NCBI GenBank assembly: GCA_945860335.1
Contig: CAMAQW010000001.1
Span: 1-38,465 of the forward strand
Length of the DNA: 38,465 bases
Source of the DNA: Sediminibacterium ginsengisoli
GTDB lineage: Bacteria; Bacteroidota; Bacteroidia; Chitinophagales; Chitinophagaceae
Direction: 5' to 3'
The position numbers were made by a program, and so were the translations under genes. Every line of letters begins with the position of its first letter. Position 1 is the stretch's first letter. The notes beneath the pieces were generated by a model. It was not told the origin of the DNA. It saw only the letters and a program-made list of their open reading frames with translations, and did no database searches. Below, in pieces: positions 28,687 through 38,250 of this stretch.

Positions 28687-29251
28687 CAAAACTTTTTCTA
28701 TGATGTTCACATAAGCCGTGAACCTCAATAGCTGCGCGGTGTACAGCCGTTCCGTATCCCTTATTTTTATTCCAGCCATACATCGGATATGCTTTGTGCA
28801 GTGTATCTAAATAAGCATCTCTATGTGTTTTTGCTAAAATGCTCGCAGCTGCAATCGACGCATATTTTCCATCTCCTTTTACAATGCAGGTATGTTGTAT
28901 TTTTTTATAGGGCTTAAAACGGTTGCCATCTACAATTAAATATTTTGGCTTTTTTTTGAGTGCATCTACTGCTAAATGCATGGCTTTTATAGACGCTTGT
29001 AAAATATTGATCTCATCAATTTCTGTGTGTGACACACTTGCCACGGCCCATGCAATGGCTTCTTTTTCGATGATGGGTTTTAAAATGGCTCTATTTTTTT
29101 CCGTTAGTTTTTTACTATCATTTAAAAGTGGATGGTAAAAATTAGTTGGCAAAATAACTGCCGCTGCAAATACCGGTCCTGCATAACAACCCCTGCCTGC
29201 TTCGTCAAGCCCTGCTTCTAATAGCGCTGTTTGATAGTTGTTCAGTAACAT
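28655..29251 (-). CDS. rnhB: Ribonuclease HII
   Basis: GLDEAGRG, DSKKL, IVDGN, KGD, SIAAASILAK, NKGYGT, HRKSF. Confidence 0.96.
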   Translation of the reverse strand: MLLNNYQTALLEAGLDEAGRGCYAGPVFAAAVILPTNFYHPLLNDSKKLTEKNRAILKPIIEKEAIAWAVASVSHTEIDEINILQASIKAMHLAVDALKKKPKYLIVDGNRFKPYKKIQHTCIVKGDGKYASIAAASILAKTHRDAYLDTLHKAYPMYGWNKNKGYGTAVHRAAIEVHGLCEHHRKSFAILPTHPRLL

Positions 29252-29310
29252 CGTTTATTGTTTCCACAATTTGATGCAAAATAGTTAAAAAATAACACGC
29301 TTCTAAATGC

Positions 29311-29318
29311 TACCTTTG
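29311..29318 (+). promoter_or_regulatory. Bacteroidota -7 promoter box upstream of ctaA
   Basis: TACCTTTG, exact TAnnTTTG match in the intergenic region. Confidence 0.55.
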
Positions 29319-29352
29319 TACTCAAATTTAGGTGCCATTTAAATCACTATTC

Positions 29353-30435
29353 ATGCATGCTGTAAATCGTTCCAATAAATTAGTAGCCACCTGGCTTTTA
29401 GTGGGTGTGGTTATGACGGTTATTCAATTTGTGCTTGGTGGCGTTACGCGTTTAACAGGTAGTGGACTTTCTATTACGGAGTGGGAAGTAATTACCGGTG
29501 CTCTTCCGCCACTTTCAGAGCAGGCTTGGCTTATTGAGTTTGAGAAATACAAGCAAACGCCACAGTTTCAATTATTAAATTTTGAGTTTGATCTAGAAAA
29601 TTTCAAATACATATTTTTTTGGGAATGGTTTCACCGTTTATGGGCCAGAATTATTGGTCTTGTTTTTGCAGGCGGTTTTATTTGGTTTTTAGTTGCCAAG
29701 CATTTTAAAAAAGAAATGATTAAACCACTGGTGGTACTCTTTATTTTAGGCATCATGCAAGGTGCTATTGGTTGGATTATGGTAGCGAGTGGGTTAGAAG
29801 GTGACGCTGTGTATGTAAAGCCTACACGTCTTGCACTGCATTTTATTTTTGCACTCGGTTTACTATCCTATACATTTTGGTTTGCACTGCAACTGAGTGT
29901 GCCCCAAACGGCACTTCAAATTTCTGCTGGTATGCATGATGCAGTAAAAAAAGCCAAGAAATTTAATTTGGCAATTCTAGCCCTTCTTGTGCTACAACTC
30001 ATGTATGGCGCACTTATGGCGGGCCACAAAGCAGCCATGGTAGCACCTACTTGGCCAACCATCAATGGCGACTATTTGCCTGCTAATTTATTTTCCGACC
30101 CTAACTTTTTCTTAAACTTTATAGAAAATAAAATTCTTGTACATTTCATGCACCGCGGTATCGCTTATATTTTGTTGGTGCTTGTAATTTATTGGACCGT
30201 TCAACTATTTCGCATTAATGGCGGTTCATTTTTTAACCGCATTAAAATATTTCCATTGCTACTTGTGTTACTACAAGTATTATTAGGTATTGCGAGCTTG
30301 CTCTATGCGCGTAGTATTATTCCTGGGGTGTGGGGCATTTTTGAATGGATGGCACAAATACACCAGTTGGTGGGTATGAGTTTGCTACTAAGTTTGGTGG
30401 CTACTTATTATGTGATGCGGGCACAAACAAAGTAA
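29353..30435 (+). CDS. ctaA: Heme A synthase (COX15/CtaA)
   Basis: GGVTRLTGSGLSITEW, WEWFHRLWAR, RLALH, VHFMHR, QIHQ; multiple TM segments. ATG at 29353 preferred. Confidence 0.93.
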   Translation: MHAVNRSNKLVATWLLVGVVMTVIQFVLGGVTRLTGSGLSITEWEVITGALPPLSEQAWLIEFEKYKQTPQFQLLNFEFDLENFKYIFFWEWFHRLWARIIGLVFAGGFIWFLVAKHFKKEMIKPLVVLFILGIMQGAIGWIMVASGLEGDAVYVKPTRLALHFIFALGLLSYTFWFALQLSVPQTALQISAGMHDAVKKAKKFNLAILALLVLQLMYGALMAGHKAAMVAPTWPTINGDYLPANLFSDPNFFLNFIENKILVHFMHRGIAYILLVLVIYWTVQLFRINGGSFFNRIKIFPLLLVLLQVLLGIASLLYARSIIPGVWGIFEWMAQIHQLVGMSLLLSLVATYYVMRAQTK

Positions 30436-31318
30436 AATATCCAGGCAACACTTTTATGGAAAGTGTTTGGGCAGTAGCTACGGCCTCGCCATCTATATGT
30501 AAGGGCGCAAGTTTTGAATTGTTAATTTCTAAACTAGGCGTTTGAAAGTATAGAATGTTTTTATGCTCCATATCCTCTACAAGCTGCTCCATTTTATTAT
30601 TGCCGCTTAATTGTTTTAATATAGCGTAAGGTAGTTTTACTTTATGCATTTTTTGCACCACAATAACATCTAGTAATCCATCATTTAGTTTTGCCTGTGG
30701 CGCAATAGTTACGTTGTTTCCAAATTGATTGCTATTGGCAATGCTAATTAAAAATGCGTCTACAAAAAAACCAAAGTCGGGTAGTTTTATTTCAAAGCCA
30801 TAGGGTTGTGCTTTAAAAAAATGAAGCAAACTTTCTTTGGTGTAATTGAATAAACCACGCTTTGCTTTGCGTGCAAAATTGTGGGCTACTTGTGCATCAA
30901 ATCCAAGTCCACTAAGCATGCAAGAGAATGTATCATTTATGGTAAACGCATCTACGGGCATGGTATGGCCATCAATAATTACTTGTAATGCTCTTTTTAT
31001 TTTTGTAGGTATGCCTGCAGCCCTAGCAAGTCCATTGCCTGAACCTACTGGTAAAATTCCAAAGCGAACGGGTAAGGAAGCAAAAGCTTGAACCACCTGG
31101 TTCACAGATCCATCACCACCAACAATAATAATATCAGTAATTCTTTTAGCAACTATTTGTTCTTTGAGTAGGGTATAATTACCAGTTGCGTTGGTGTACT
31201 CAATCTCAAAAGAAATACCTGCTGCATCTAATTGTTGTGTCAGAAATGCAATGAGTTTTTCTTTTGTGCGCGTCCCTGAAATAGGGTTCACTAAAAATAA
31301 TAGTTTGCGCTCTATCAT
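30401..31318 (-). CDS. Diacylglycerol kinase family lipid kinase (YegS/BmrU-like)
   Basis: VNPISG, VGGDGSVN, PVGSGNGLAR, GLGFDA, NQFGN, HIDGE. Start may be 31327. Confidence 0.92.
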   Translation of the reverse strand: MIERKLLFLVNPISGTRTKEKLIAFLTQQLDAAGISFEIEYTNATGNYTLLKEQIVAKRITDIIIVGGDGSVNQVVQAFASLPVRFGILPVGSGNGLARAAGIPTKIKRALQVIIDGHTMPVDAFTINDTFSCMLSGLGFDAQVAHNFARKAKRGLFNYTKESLLHFFKAQPYGFEIKLPDFGFFVDAFLISIANSNQFGNNVTIAPQAKLNDGLLDVIVVQKMHKVKLPYAILKQLSGNNKMEQLVEDMEHKNILYFQTPSLEINNSKLAPLHIDGEAVATAQTLSIKVLPGYFTLFVPASHNK

Positions 31319-31320
31319 AA

Positions 31321-32364
31321 TTACCATTTGATGAGCGCACTAGCCCAAGTAAATCCACTTCCAAATGCAGCTAAACAAACAAGGTCTCCTTCTTTAATTA
31401 AATTTTTCTCATACGCTTCACATAGTGCAATAGGAACAGATGCTGCAGTGGTGTTGCCGTACTGCATAATATTATTGTATACCTGATCATCCTTGAGTCC
31501 TAATTTTTGTTGCACAAATTGAGCAATACGCAAATTGGCCTGATGCGGAATTAGCATATTTAAATCGGAAGTAGCGTAACCATTTGTTTGTAAAGCCTCA
31601 AGTATTACTTCTGGAAACTTTACAATCGCTTTTTTAAAAACCGATGGACCATCCATGAATGGAAAGTTTTCTGCGTTGTCAATCATTTTATGACTGAGAA
31701 ACATTTCTCCAATAGGCGCTTCGTCAAAAGTTGCATAATTGCCCCAATGATTGGCATGCGTTCCAGGGTTGTACATGGCTAAAATTTCTGCAGCCGCGCC
31801 GTCGCTATGCAGGTGCGTGCTTAATATTCCTTGCCCTTCATTTGTGGCGGGTTGCAACACAACAGCTCCGGCGCCGTCTCCAAAAATTACAGAAACGTTA
31901 CGGCCTCTTGTGCTAAAATCAAGTCCAAACGAATGTTTTTCACTTCCTATCACAAGTATGTTTTTGTACATACCCGTTTTAATAAATTGATCGGCAACAC
32001 TCATCGCATATACAAATCCACTGCACTGATTTCTAATATCAAGCGCACCAATTTCTTTCATACCCATGGCTCTTTGTACCAGTACGCCGCAGCCCGGAAA
32101 ATAATAATCGGGAGAAAGGGTTGCAAATATGATAAAGTCAATTTCTTCGGCAGTAGTGCCGGCTCGTTCGATGGCTATTTTTGCCGCTTCCACCGCCATC
32201 GTAGTAGTCGTTTCCTCAGTACGGTGTGCATACCTTCTTTCCTCGATACCTGTTCTTTCAACTATCCATTCGTTGCTGGTTTCCATATAGGTAGTGAGGT
32301 CTTGATTGGTCACTACATGAGAAGGTAAGTATTTTCCAATACCCGCAATTTTACTACTTAACAT
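31321..32364 (-). CDS. fabH: 3-oxoacyl-ACP synthase III family (FabH)
   Basis: WIVERTGIEERR, QCSGF catalytic Cys, FGDGAGA, PHQAN, YGNTTAAS, FGSGFTW. Confidence 0.92.
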   Translation of the reverse strand: MLSSKIAGIGKYLPSHVVTNQDLTTYMETSNEWIVERTGIEERRYAHRTEETTTTMAVEAAKIAIERAGTTAEEIDFIIFATLSPDYYFPGCGVLVQRAMGMKEIGALDIRNQCSGFVYAMSVADQFIKTGMYKNILVIGSEKHSFGLDFSTRGRNVSVIFGDGAGAVVLQPATNEGQGILSTHLHSDGAAAEILAMYNPGTHANHWGNYATFDEAPIGEMFLSHKMIDNAENFPFMDGPSVFKKAIVKFPEVILEALQTNGYATSDLNMLIPHQANLRIAQFVQQKLGLKDDQVYNNIMQYGNTTAASVPIALCEAYEKNLIKEGDLVCLAAFGSGFTWASALIKW

Positions 32365-32367
32365 ACA

Positions 32368-33363
32368 TTACTTTTTTAGCTTCATTATTTGTTCCAAAAA
32401 TAAAGCAGTTTCTTTTTCTACCGTTACAATATCATTAGACTGAATAGGTGAGGCGAGTACATGATTGCCCGCTTCCGGAACAGCCACCATTCTTTTTAAA
32501 TTGGCAGGCGTAGCCACCGCCGCAAACATTTCTTTCATCGCAGAAACTTTAACAACAGGGTCCTGATTCTTTTCATCTTTAAAATAATAAAGGGTTAGCA
32601 GTGGACATTTTATTTTATTAAAATGACTTGGTATCATGGTGGTTTCAAGTAATTCTTGCAACTCCACAATCGATTCTAAGCGGTATTGATCGTTCCAGTA
32701 TTTTTTAAACTCAGGTGGTTTGTTTTTAATAATATTTTCTTTTCCGCCTATCACCATTCTTGCAATTTGTAAGCCCCAAGGGTTGTTGGTTAAAAATGCA
32801 CTCGGATTGTTAATGGCAATGTTGGGAGAATATAAAACCAGTCCGGCCACATCTTCAAAATTAGAGGCAAGTTCTAGCGCTACCGTACCACCTGTAGACG
32901 TTCCCATTAAAATCACCTTATCGCCTAGTTGTTTTCCAATGGCATATGCTTCCTTTGCAGATTCCCACAAACTAGTGGCGGTCATATTCATAAGTGCATC
33001 GGTGGTATCGATACCATGTTCCGATAATCTTGCGAGGTACATATTGCACCCAAATTGTTTAGCAATATTTCTGTGCACAGGGTTACCTTCTTCCTGACTG
33101 GCACTAAAGCCATGCAAATACACAATCACATAAGGTGTTTTGGCTTTGGTACTATCATTGGCCCAAACAATACGCGCTTCATTGTCTGGTTTTACCTTAT
33201 GCTTGGCTTCATTACTGGCCACGTAGGCTTCTAAAGAGGCTGCATCCGAAGGAACTTGTATTAAGTTATTGTTATAATTGGGGGCTGCCGGCTTAGGGCC
33301 TAAAAAATAAACAGCGGCAAGCACAGCAACGAGTGCAGCTATAATTTTGAGGAAACGCTTCAT
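32368..33363 (-). CDS. Membrane-anchored alpha/beta hydrolase (carboxylesterase-like)
   Basis: N-terminal hydrophobic anchor, YLHGFS, GTSTG nucleophile elbow, DPVV, GNH. Confidence 0.85.
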   Translation of the reverse strand: MKRFLKIIAALVAVLAAVYFLGPKPAAPNYNNNLIQVPSDAASLEAYVASNEAKHKVKPDNEARIVWANDSTKAKTPYVIVYLHGFSASQEEGNPVHRNIAKQFGCNMYLARLSEHGIDTTDALMNMTATSLWESAKEAYAIGKQLGDKVILMGTSTGGTVALELASNFEDVAGLVLYSPNIAINNPSAFLTNNPWGLQIARMVIGGKENIIKNKPPEFKKYWNDQYRLESIVELQELLETTMIPSHFNKIKCPLLTLYYFKDEKNQDPVVKVSAMKEMFAAVATPANLKRMVAVPEAGNHVLASPIQSNDIVTVEKETALFLEQIMKLKK

Positions 33364-33481
33364 AGTTTAATTTATAGGCGTAAATATCTTGTTTTAGCCT
33401 GATATAAGGGTAAACTAAGCGTTAATTATTGGCATTCTGGCCCATCCTTTGCTTTTATGGGGTTTCTTAGCTTATAATCCT

Positions 33482-33489
33482 TACCTTTG
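33482..33489 (+). promoter_or_regulatory. Bacteroidota -7 promoter box upstream of typA
   Basis: TACCTTTG ending 17 nt before the ATG. Confidence 0.6.
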
Positions 33490-33506
33490 CAGCCTTAAAA
33501 AAGCAC

Positions 33507-35306
33507 ATGGAAATAAGAAACATCGCCATTATTGCGCACGTTGACCACGGTAAAACGACCCTGGTTGATAAGATTTTACACGCAACAAAGGTGTTTAGAG
33601 ACAATCAAGAAACCGGTGAACTTATCATGGATAGCAATGAGCTAGAACGTGAGCGCGGTATCACCATCTTAAGTAAAAACGCATCTGTAACTTATAAAGG
33701 CGTAAAAATTAACGTTATTGACACCCCAGGTCACTCGGATTTTGGTGGTGAAGTAGAACGTGTATTAAAAATGGCCGATGGCGTTTGCTTGTTAGTAGAT
33801 GCTTTTGAAGGTCCAATGCCTCAAACAAGATTTGTATTACAAAAAGCGCTTCAATTAAATTTAAAGCCCATTGTAATTATCAATAAGGTAGATAAACCAA
33901 ACTGTCGTCCTGACGAAGTGCATGACGCAGTATTTGAATTATTCTTTAACCTTGATGCTACTGAAGAGCAATTAGATTTCCCTACTTTTTATGGTAGCGG
34001 TAAAAATGGTTGGTTCAACGATAGCTTAACGCCTTGCGAAAATATTGATCCATTACTTGATGGTATCTTAAAATTTGTGCCGCCACCAAATGCAAAAACA
34101 GGTGCTACACAAATGCAAATTACATCACTTGATTATTCTACATTCCTAGGTCGTATTGCGATTGGAAAAGTAGAACGTGGTGTGATCAAAGAAGGCCAAA
34201 ACGTAGTACTAGTGCAGGCCGACGGCTCTATCAAGAAAAATAAAGTGAAAGAGCTCTATGTGTTTGAAGGAATGGGTAAGCGTAAAGTAACAGAAGTTGT
34301 TTCTGGTGATTTATGTGCTGTTGTTGGATTAGAAGAATTCAACATTGGTGATACCATTGCTGATCCTGAAACACCAGAGGCTTTACCTATTATTAGTGTA
34401 GACGAGCCAACTATGAGTATGACATTTAGTATCAATAACTCTCCATTCTTTGGTAAAGAAGGAAAGTTTGTTACTTCTCGTCACATTCGTGATCGTCTAT
34501 TGAAAGAAACAGAAAAAAACTTAGCACTTCGCGTAGAAGAAACAGATAGTGCTGATAGCTTCTTAGTATACGGCCGTGGTATCCTTCACTTAGGGGTACT
34601 TGTAGAAACCATGCGTAGAGAAGGTTACGAGTTAACAGTGGGAAATCCGCAGGTACTTGTAAAAGAAATCGACGGAAAAAAACACGAGCCTTTTGAAATA
34701 TTAGTAGTAGATGTGCCTTCTGAATTTAGTGGTAAGGCTATCGACCTAGTAACACAAAAGAAAGGTGAAATGCTAGTGATGGAATCTAAGGGAGATATGC
34801 AACACCTAGAGTTTGATATTCCTTCTAGAGGTCTTATTGGTCTTCGTTCTCAAATGTTAACGCAAACGGCTGGTGAAGCTGTAATGGCGCACCGATTTAA
34901 TGAATATAAACCTTGGAAAGGACCAATTCCTGGTCGTAACAATGGTGTACTTATTGCTAAGTTTGGTGGTACTACTACTGCTTATTCTATTGATAAGTTA
35001 CAGGACAGAGGACGTTTCTTTATCGAGCCAGGTGAAGAAGTATACATCGGACAGGTATTGGCAGAGCACATTAAGCCAGGTGATTTAAATATCAACGCTG
35101 TGGAAATGAAAAAGCTTACCAACCACCGCGCAAGTGGATCTGATGATAGCGTTCGTATTACACCAAAAACACAATTCACCCTAGAAGAGTGTATGGAGTA
35201 TATCCAACAAGATGAGTGTATTGAAGTAACCCCTAAATCAGTAAGAATGCGTAAAACGCATTTGGATGAAAATGACCGTAAAAACGCGTCAAGATCTAAC
35301 GGGTAA
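33507..35306 (+). CDS. typA: Translational GTPase TypA/BipA
   Basis: RNIAIIAHVDHGKTTLVD, ERERGITI, DTPGHSDFGGEVER, GRGILHL, EVTPKSVRMRK. Confidence 0.97.
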   Translation: MEIRNIAIIAHVDHGKTTLVDKILHATKVFRDNQETGELIMDSNELERERGITILSKNASVTYKGVKINVIDTPGHSDFGGEVERVLKMADGVCLLVDAFEGPMPQTRFVLQKALQLNLKPIVIINKVDKPNCRPDEVHDAVFELFFNLDATEEQLDFPTFYGSGKNGWFNDSLTPCENIDPLLDGILKFVPPPNAKTGATQMQITSLDYSTFLGRIAIGKVERGVIKEGQNVVLVQADGSIKKNKVKELYVFEGMGKRKVTEVVSGDLCAVVGLEEFNIGDTIADPETPEALPIISVDEPTMSMTFSINNSPFFGKEGKFVTSRHIRDRLLKETEKNLALRVEETDSADSFLVYGRGILHLGVLVETMRREGYELTVGNPQVLVKEIDGKKHEPFEILVVDVPSEFSGKAIDLVTQKKGEMLVMESKGDMQHLEFDIPSRGLIGLRSQMLTQTAGEAVMAHRFNEYKPWKGPIPGRNNGVLIAKFGGTTTAYSIDKLQDRGRFFIEPGEEVYIGQVLAEHIKPGDLNINAVEMKKLTNHRASGSDDSVRITPKTQFTLEECMEYIQQDECIEVTPKSVRMRKTHLDENDRKNASRSNG

Positions 35307-35325
35307 TCTTTAAAAGTTATATCGT

Positions 35326-35356
35326 AAAAAGGCCTCCGCAAGCGGAGGCCTTTTTT
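35326..35356. terminator. Bidirectional intrinsic terminator between typA and obgE
   Basis: A5-GGCCTCCG-CAAG-CGGAGGCC-T6. Confidence 0.9.
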
Positions 35357-35375
35357 ATGCAAAAAAATTTCGAAT

Positions 35376-36371
35376 TTATTTATTAAGCGTATCCCACAAC
35401 AAATCTTTCAGCGCACTTAATCCTGTGTTGGTCACAGAAGAAATAAATACGTGTGGTACATTTTTTGGAAGTTCTTTTGCGATTGCTTCTTTTAATTCAT
35501 CGTCCAGCATATCAGATTTACTAATCGCGATGATAAAATCTTTTTGAAGCATGTCGGGATTGTACTGCTCTAATTCGTTGCGTAAAATATCAAATTCTTT
35601 TTTGTGATCGTTGCTATCGGCGGGTATCATAAAAAGTAAAATGGCATTGCGTTCAATATGCCTTAAAAACCGGTGCCCTAGGCCTTTTCCTTCGGCTGCA
35701 CCTTCAATAATACCCGGTAAATCCGCAATACAAAAAGAGCGTGAATCTCTATATTCTACCATGCCAAGTTGTGGCGTTAATGTCGTAAAAGCGTAGTTGG
35801 CAATTTTAGGAGTAGCAGCAGTAATCGATGAAAGTAAGGTTGATTTTCCAGCATTGGGGAATCCAACAAGACCTACATCGGCAAGTACTTTTAATTCTAA
35901 ATATTTATAACCTTCAGATCCTTCTTCTCCAGGTTGTGCGTGCTCAGGTACTTGGTTGGTAGGCGTTGCAAAATTGCTATTACCGAGCCCACCTCTTCCG
36001 CCTTTTAACCAAATAATTTCTTGACCGTCGTATAAAATTTCAGCTTCTATATTTCCTGTTTCTTCGTCTTTTGCGATGGTACCTAGTGGCACTTCAAGTA
36101 TAATATCTTTTCCATCATGACCCGTGCAATTATTTTTACTACCGCCTTCACCGTGTTCTGCTAATACGTTTTTAAAATAGCGCATGTGAAGCAGCGTCCA
36201 AAGTTGCGCGTTGCCTCTTAATATGATATGGCCACCTCTTCCACCGTCGCCACCATCGGGTCCACCTTTTGCGGTGAGCTTATTGCGCATAAAGTGTCTG
36301 GCACCAGCGCCACCATGGCCGCTGCGACAAAAAATTCGGATGTAGTCAATAAAATTATTTCTTTCAGACAC
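35376..36371 (-). CDS. obgE: GTPase ObgE/CgtA
   Basis: [12 protein letters not shown] Obg fold, [30 protein letters not shown]; GTG start. Confidence 0.97.
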   Translation of the reverse strand: MSERNNFIDYIRIFCRSGHGGAGARHFMRNKLTAKGGPDGGDGGRGGHIILRGNAQLWTLLHMRYFKNVLAEHGEGGSKNNCTGHDGKDIILEVPLGTIAKDEETGNIEAEILYDGQEIIWLKGGRGGLGNSNFATPTNQVPEHAQPGEEGSEGYKYLELKVLADVGLVGFPNAGKSTLLSSITAATPKIANYAFTTLTPQLGMVEYRDSRSFCIADLPGIIEGAAEGKGLGHRFLRHIERNAILLFMIPADSNDHKKEFDILRNELEQYNPDMLQKDFIIAISKSDMLDDELKEAIAKELPKNVPHVFISSVTNTGLSALKDLLWDTLNK

Positions 36372-36403
36372 TATTTTCGTGCAACACGTATTTTGTTAGA
36401 GTA

Positions 36404-36411
36404 CAAAGGTA
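36404..36411 (-). promoter_or_regulatory. Bacteroidota -7 promoter box upstream of obgE
   Basis: Minus strand TACCTTTG in the short tetR-obgE gap. Confidence 0.55.
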
Positions 36412-36416
36412 CAAGG

Positions 36417-37007
36417 TTATACGGTTAACCCGCCTACTAAAATGGTCACCATATTTTCTTCTAATGCGGCAGCCGTAATTTTTTGTTTAGAACGGTGCCA
36501 ACTTTCAATGCCACTTATTGCGTGTAATAAAATAAGCACGGCTGTTGGTGCATCAATAGGTTTGATCTCTTTGTTTTTAATCCCGGTTTCAATAATTGCA
36601 GCTAAACGTTTGCGATAAATGCGGCGCTGGTTTTGAAAATTAGAAAGGTAAGGGTCGTTTAAATGTTTCCACTCTCTATCGCTCACATACACTTCTTCAT
36701 AACTGTTTACCATTTCAACAATATGAAAACGAAGTATTTTTTCAATTTTCTGAATCGCAGGTATAGGTTCCGATTCTATTTCATCTAACTTTTGTAAGAA
36801 ACGGTTGGCGACACTAAAACATAGTTCGTGTAGTAGCTCTGTTTTAGATTTAATGTGATTGTATAAGCTAGCTGCTTCCACGCCCACCGATTCGGCTAGG
36901 TCGCGCATGCTAGCTGCTTTAAAGCCCTTTTCTCTAAATAAAATAGCGGCTTTACTAACGATTACGTCTTTACGGGTCGTATTTTTTTCTGTTTTTATCC
37001 TTGCCAT
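36417..37007 (-). CDS. TetR/AcrR family regulator (KstR2/PaaR-like)
   Basis: FREKGFKAASMRDLAESVGVEAASLYNHIKSKTELL HTH. Confidence 0.92.
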   Translation of the reverse strand: MARIKTEKNTTRKDVIVSKAAILFREKGFKAASMRDLAESVGVEAASLYNHIKSKTELLHELCFSVANRFLQKLDEIESEPIPAIQKIEKILRFHIVEMVNSYEEVYVSDREWKHLNDPYLSNFQNQRRIYRKRLAAIIETGIKNKEIKPIDAPTAVLILLHAISGIESWHRSKQKITAAALEENMVTILVGGLTV

Positions 37008-37020
37008 ATGCTTGTATTTG

Positions 37021-37038
37021 CGCTAACATACGTTAGCG
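37021..37038. promoter_or_regulatory. Candidate TetR operator
   Basis: Perfect inverted repeat CGCTAAC-ATAC-GTTAGCG 13 nt upstream of the tetR start. Confidence 0.6.
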
Positions 37039-37125
37039 GTTTATGCTAAGTTATTGGTTTTTTGCGTTAGTTTTTCCATTTGCACCCAAAAAGCCTATTT
37101 TCGCACCCGTAATAAATCAAATTAT

Positions 37126-38049
37126 ATGTCTTTAGTAGTAGTAGGATCTATGGCTTTTGATGCCATCGAAACACCTTTTGGAAAAAGTGATAGAATCATT
37201 GGTGGTGCGGGTACTTATATTGCCTGGTGTGCTTCCAATTTTACCCCAGTAAAACAAATTTCTGTAGTTGGGGGTGATTTTCCAGAATCTGAACTTGCGG
37301 CGCTTACTGCTCGCGGTGTAGATTTAGAAGGCGTGCAAATTAAAAAAGACGAAAAAACATTTTTTTGGAGTGGTCGCTACCACATGGATATGAATTCACG
37401 TGATACGCTTGAAACACAATTAAATGTGCTTGAAAATTTTGTACCTGTTGTACCAGATAGTTTTCAGGACTGCGAATTTTTGATGCTAGGCAATTTAGTA
37501 CCTAGTGTGCAAAGCAGCGTAATCAAGCAATTAAAAAACCGTCCAAAGCTCATTGTCATGGATACCATGAACTTTTGGATGGAAATTATGATGGATGATT
37601 TATTACACACCATTAGCCTTGTAGATGTATTGATGGTGAATGATAGTGAAGCGCGTCAATTAAGTGGAGAGTATAGCCTTGTTAAAGCGGCTAAAAAAAT
37701 TATGGCAATGGGGCCTAAATATTTGATCATTAAAAAAGGAGAGCACGGTGCTCTTTTATTCCATGAAGATCAAGTGTTTTTTGCACCAGCGCTTCCATTA
37801 GAAGAAGTGTTTGATCCAACAGGCGCTGGTGATACCTTTGCGGGTGGCTTTATTGGTCACATCGTTCGCACCAAAGACATTTCTTTTGAAAACATGAAAA
37901 CTGCCATCATTGTGGGTAGTGCTATGGCTTCTTATTGTGTAGAAAAGTTTGGTACCGAGCGTTTGAGAGAAATTAGCAAGGCCGATATTAGCGACCGTAT
38001 CGCTGAATTTGTAGACCTTGTAAACTTTGATATCAAGCTGGTTGTTTAA
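37126..38049 (+). CDS. PfkB family carbohydrate/nucleoside kinase
   Basis: VVGSMAFD, GGAGTY, NDSEA, KKGEHG, DPTGAGDTFAGG. ATG at 37126. Confidence 0.93.
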   Translation: MSLVVVGSMAFDAIETPFGKSDRIIGGAGTYIAWCASNFTPVKQISVVGGDFPESELAALTARGVDLEGVQIKKDEKTFFWSGRYHMDMNSRDTLETQLNVLENFVPVVPDSFQDCEFLMLGNLVPSVQSSVIKQLKNRPKLIVMDTMNFWMEIMMDDLLHTISLVDVLMVNDSEARQLSGEYSLVKAAKKIMAMGPKYLIIKKGEHGALLFHEDQVFFAPALPLEEVFDPTGAGDTFAGGFIGHIVRTKDISFENMKTAIIVGSAMASYCVEKFGTERLREISKADISDRIAEFVDLVNFDIKLVV

Positions 38050-38064
38050 TAGCGCTCAAAATAT

Positions 38065-38096
38065 TTTGGCGTTGTATTCAAATGCCCCTAATTTTA
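38065..38096 (+). promoter_or_regulatory. Candidate promoter for the asd leader
   Basis: TTTG (38065-38068), 20-nt spacer, TAATTTTA (38089-38096; one mismatch to TAnnTTTG). Confidence 0.5.
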
Positions 38097-38105
38097 CATC
38101 CGAAC

Positions 38106-38150
38106 ATGAGAACATCGAAACATACAAAACGTATCAAGAAACCACTCTAA
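38106..38150 (+). CDS. Putative attenuator leader peptide MRTSKHTKRIKKPL
   Basis: 14 codons plus TAA; 4 Lys, 2 Thr, Ile, Met; lies upstream of a terminator and of asd. Confidence 0.7.
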   Translation: MRTSKHTKRIKKPL

Positions 38151-38189
38151 CCAGGGAGGTGCTTCGTTTTGTAATGTATAAACATACGC

Positions 38190-38224
38190 AAGAGGCCTTC
38201 CCAAATGGGAGGGTCTTTTTTTTT
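38190..38224 (+). terminator. Attenuator terminator in the asd leader
   Basis: GGCCTTCCC-AAAT-GGGAGGGTC stem followed by T9, ending 26 nt before the asd ATG. Confidence 0.8.
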
Positions 38225-38250
38225 AATTATAAAGAAACAAAAACAAAAAA

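Noticed and set aside
31831-32328. 165-aa ORF antisense to fabH and other short nested ORFs (e.g. 34982-35362, 32720-33097, 15237-15551)
   Set aside because: They overlap well-supported genes and show no recognisable motifs; consistent with shadow ORFs.
35376-36371. ObgE lacking a long C-terminal domain
   Set aside because: Short ObgE is usual in Bacteroidota; it has a clean stop and terminator, so not a pseudogene.
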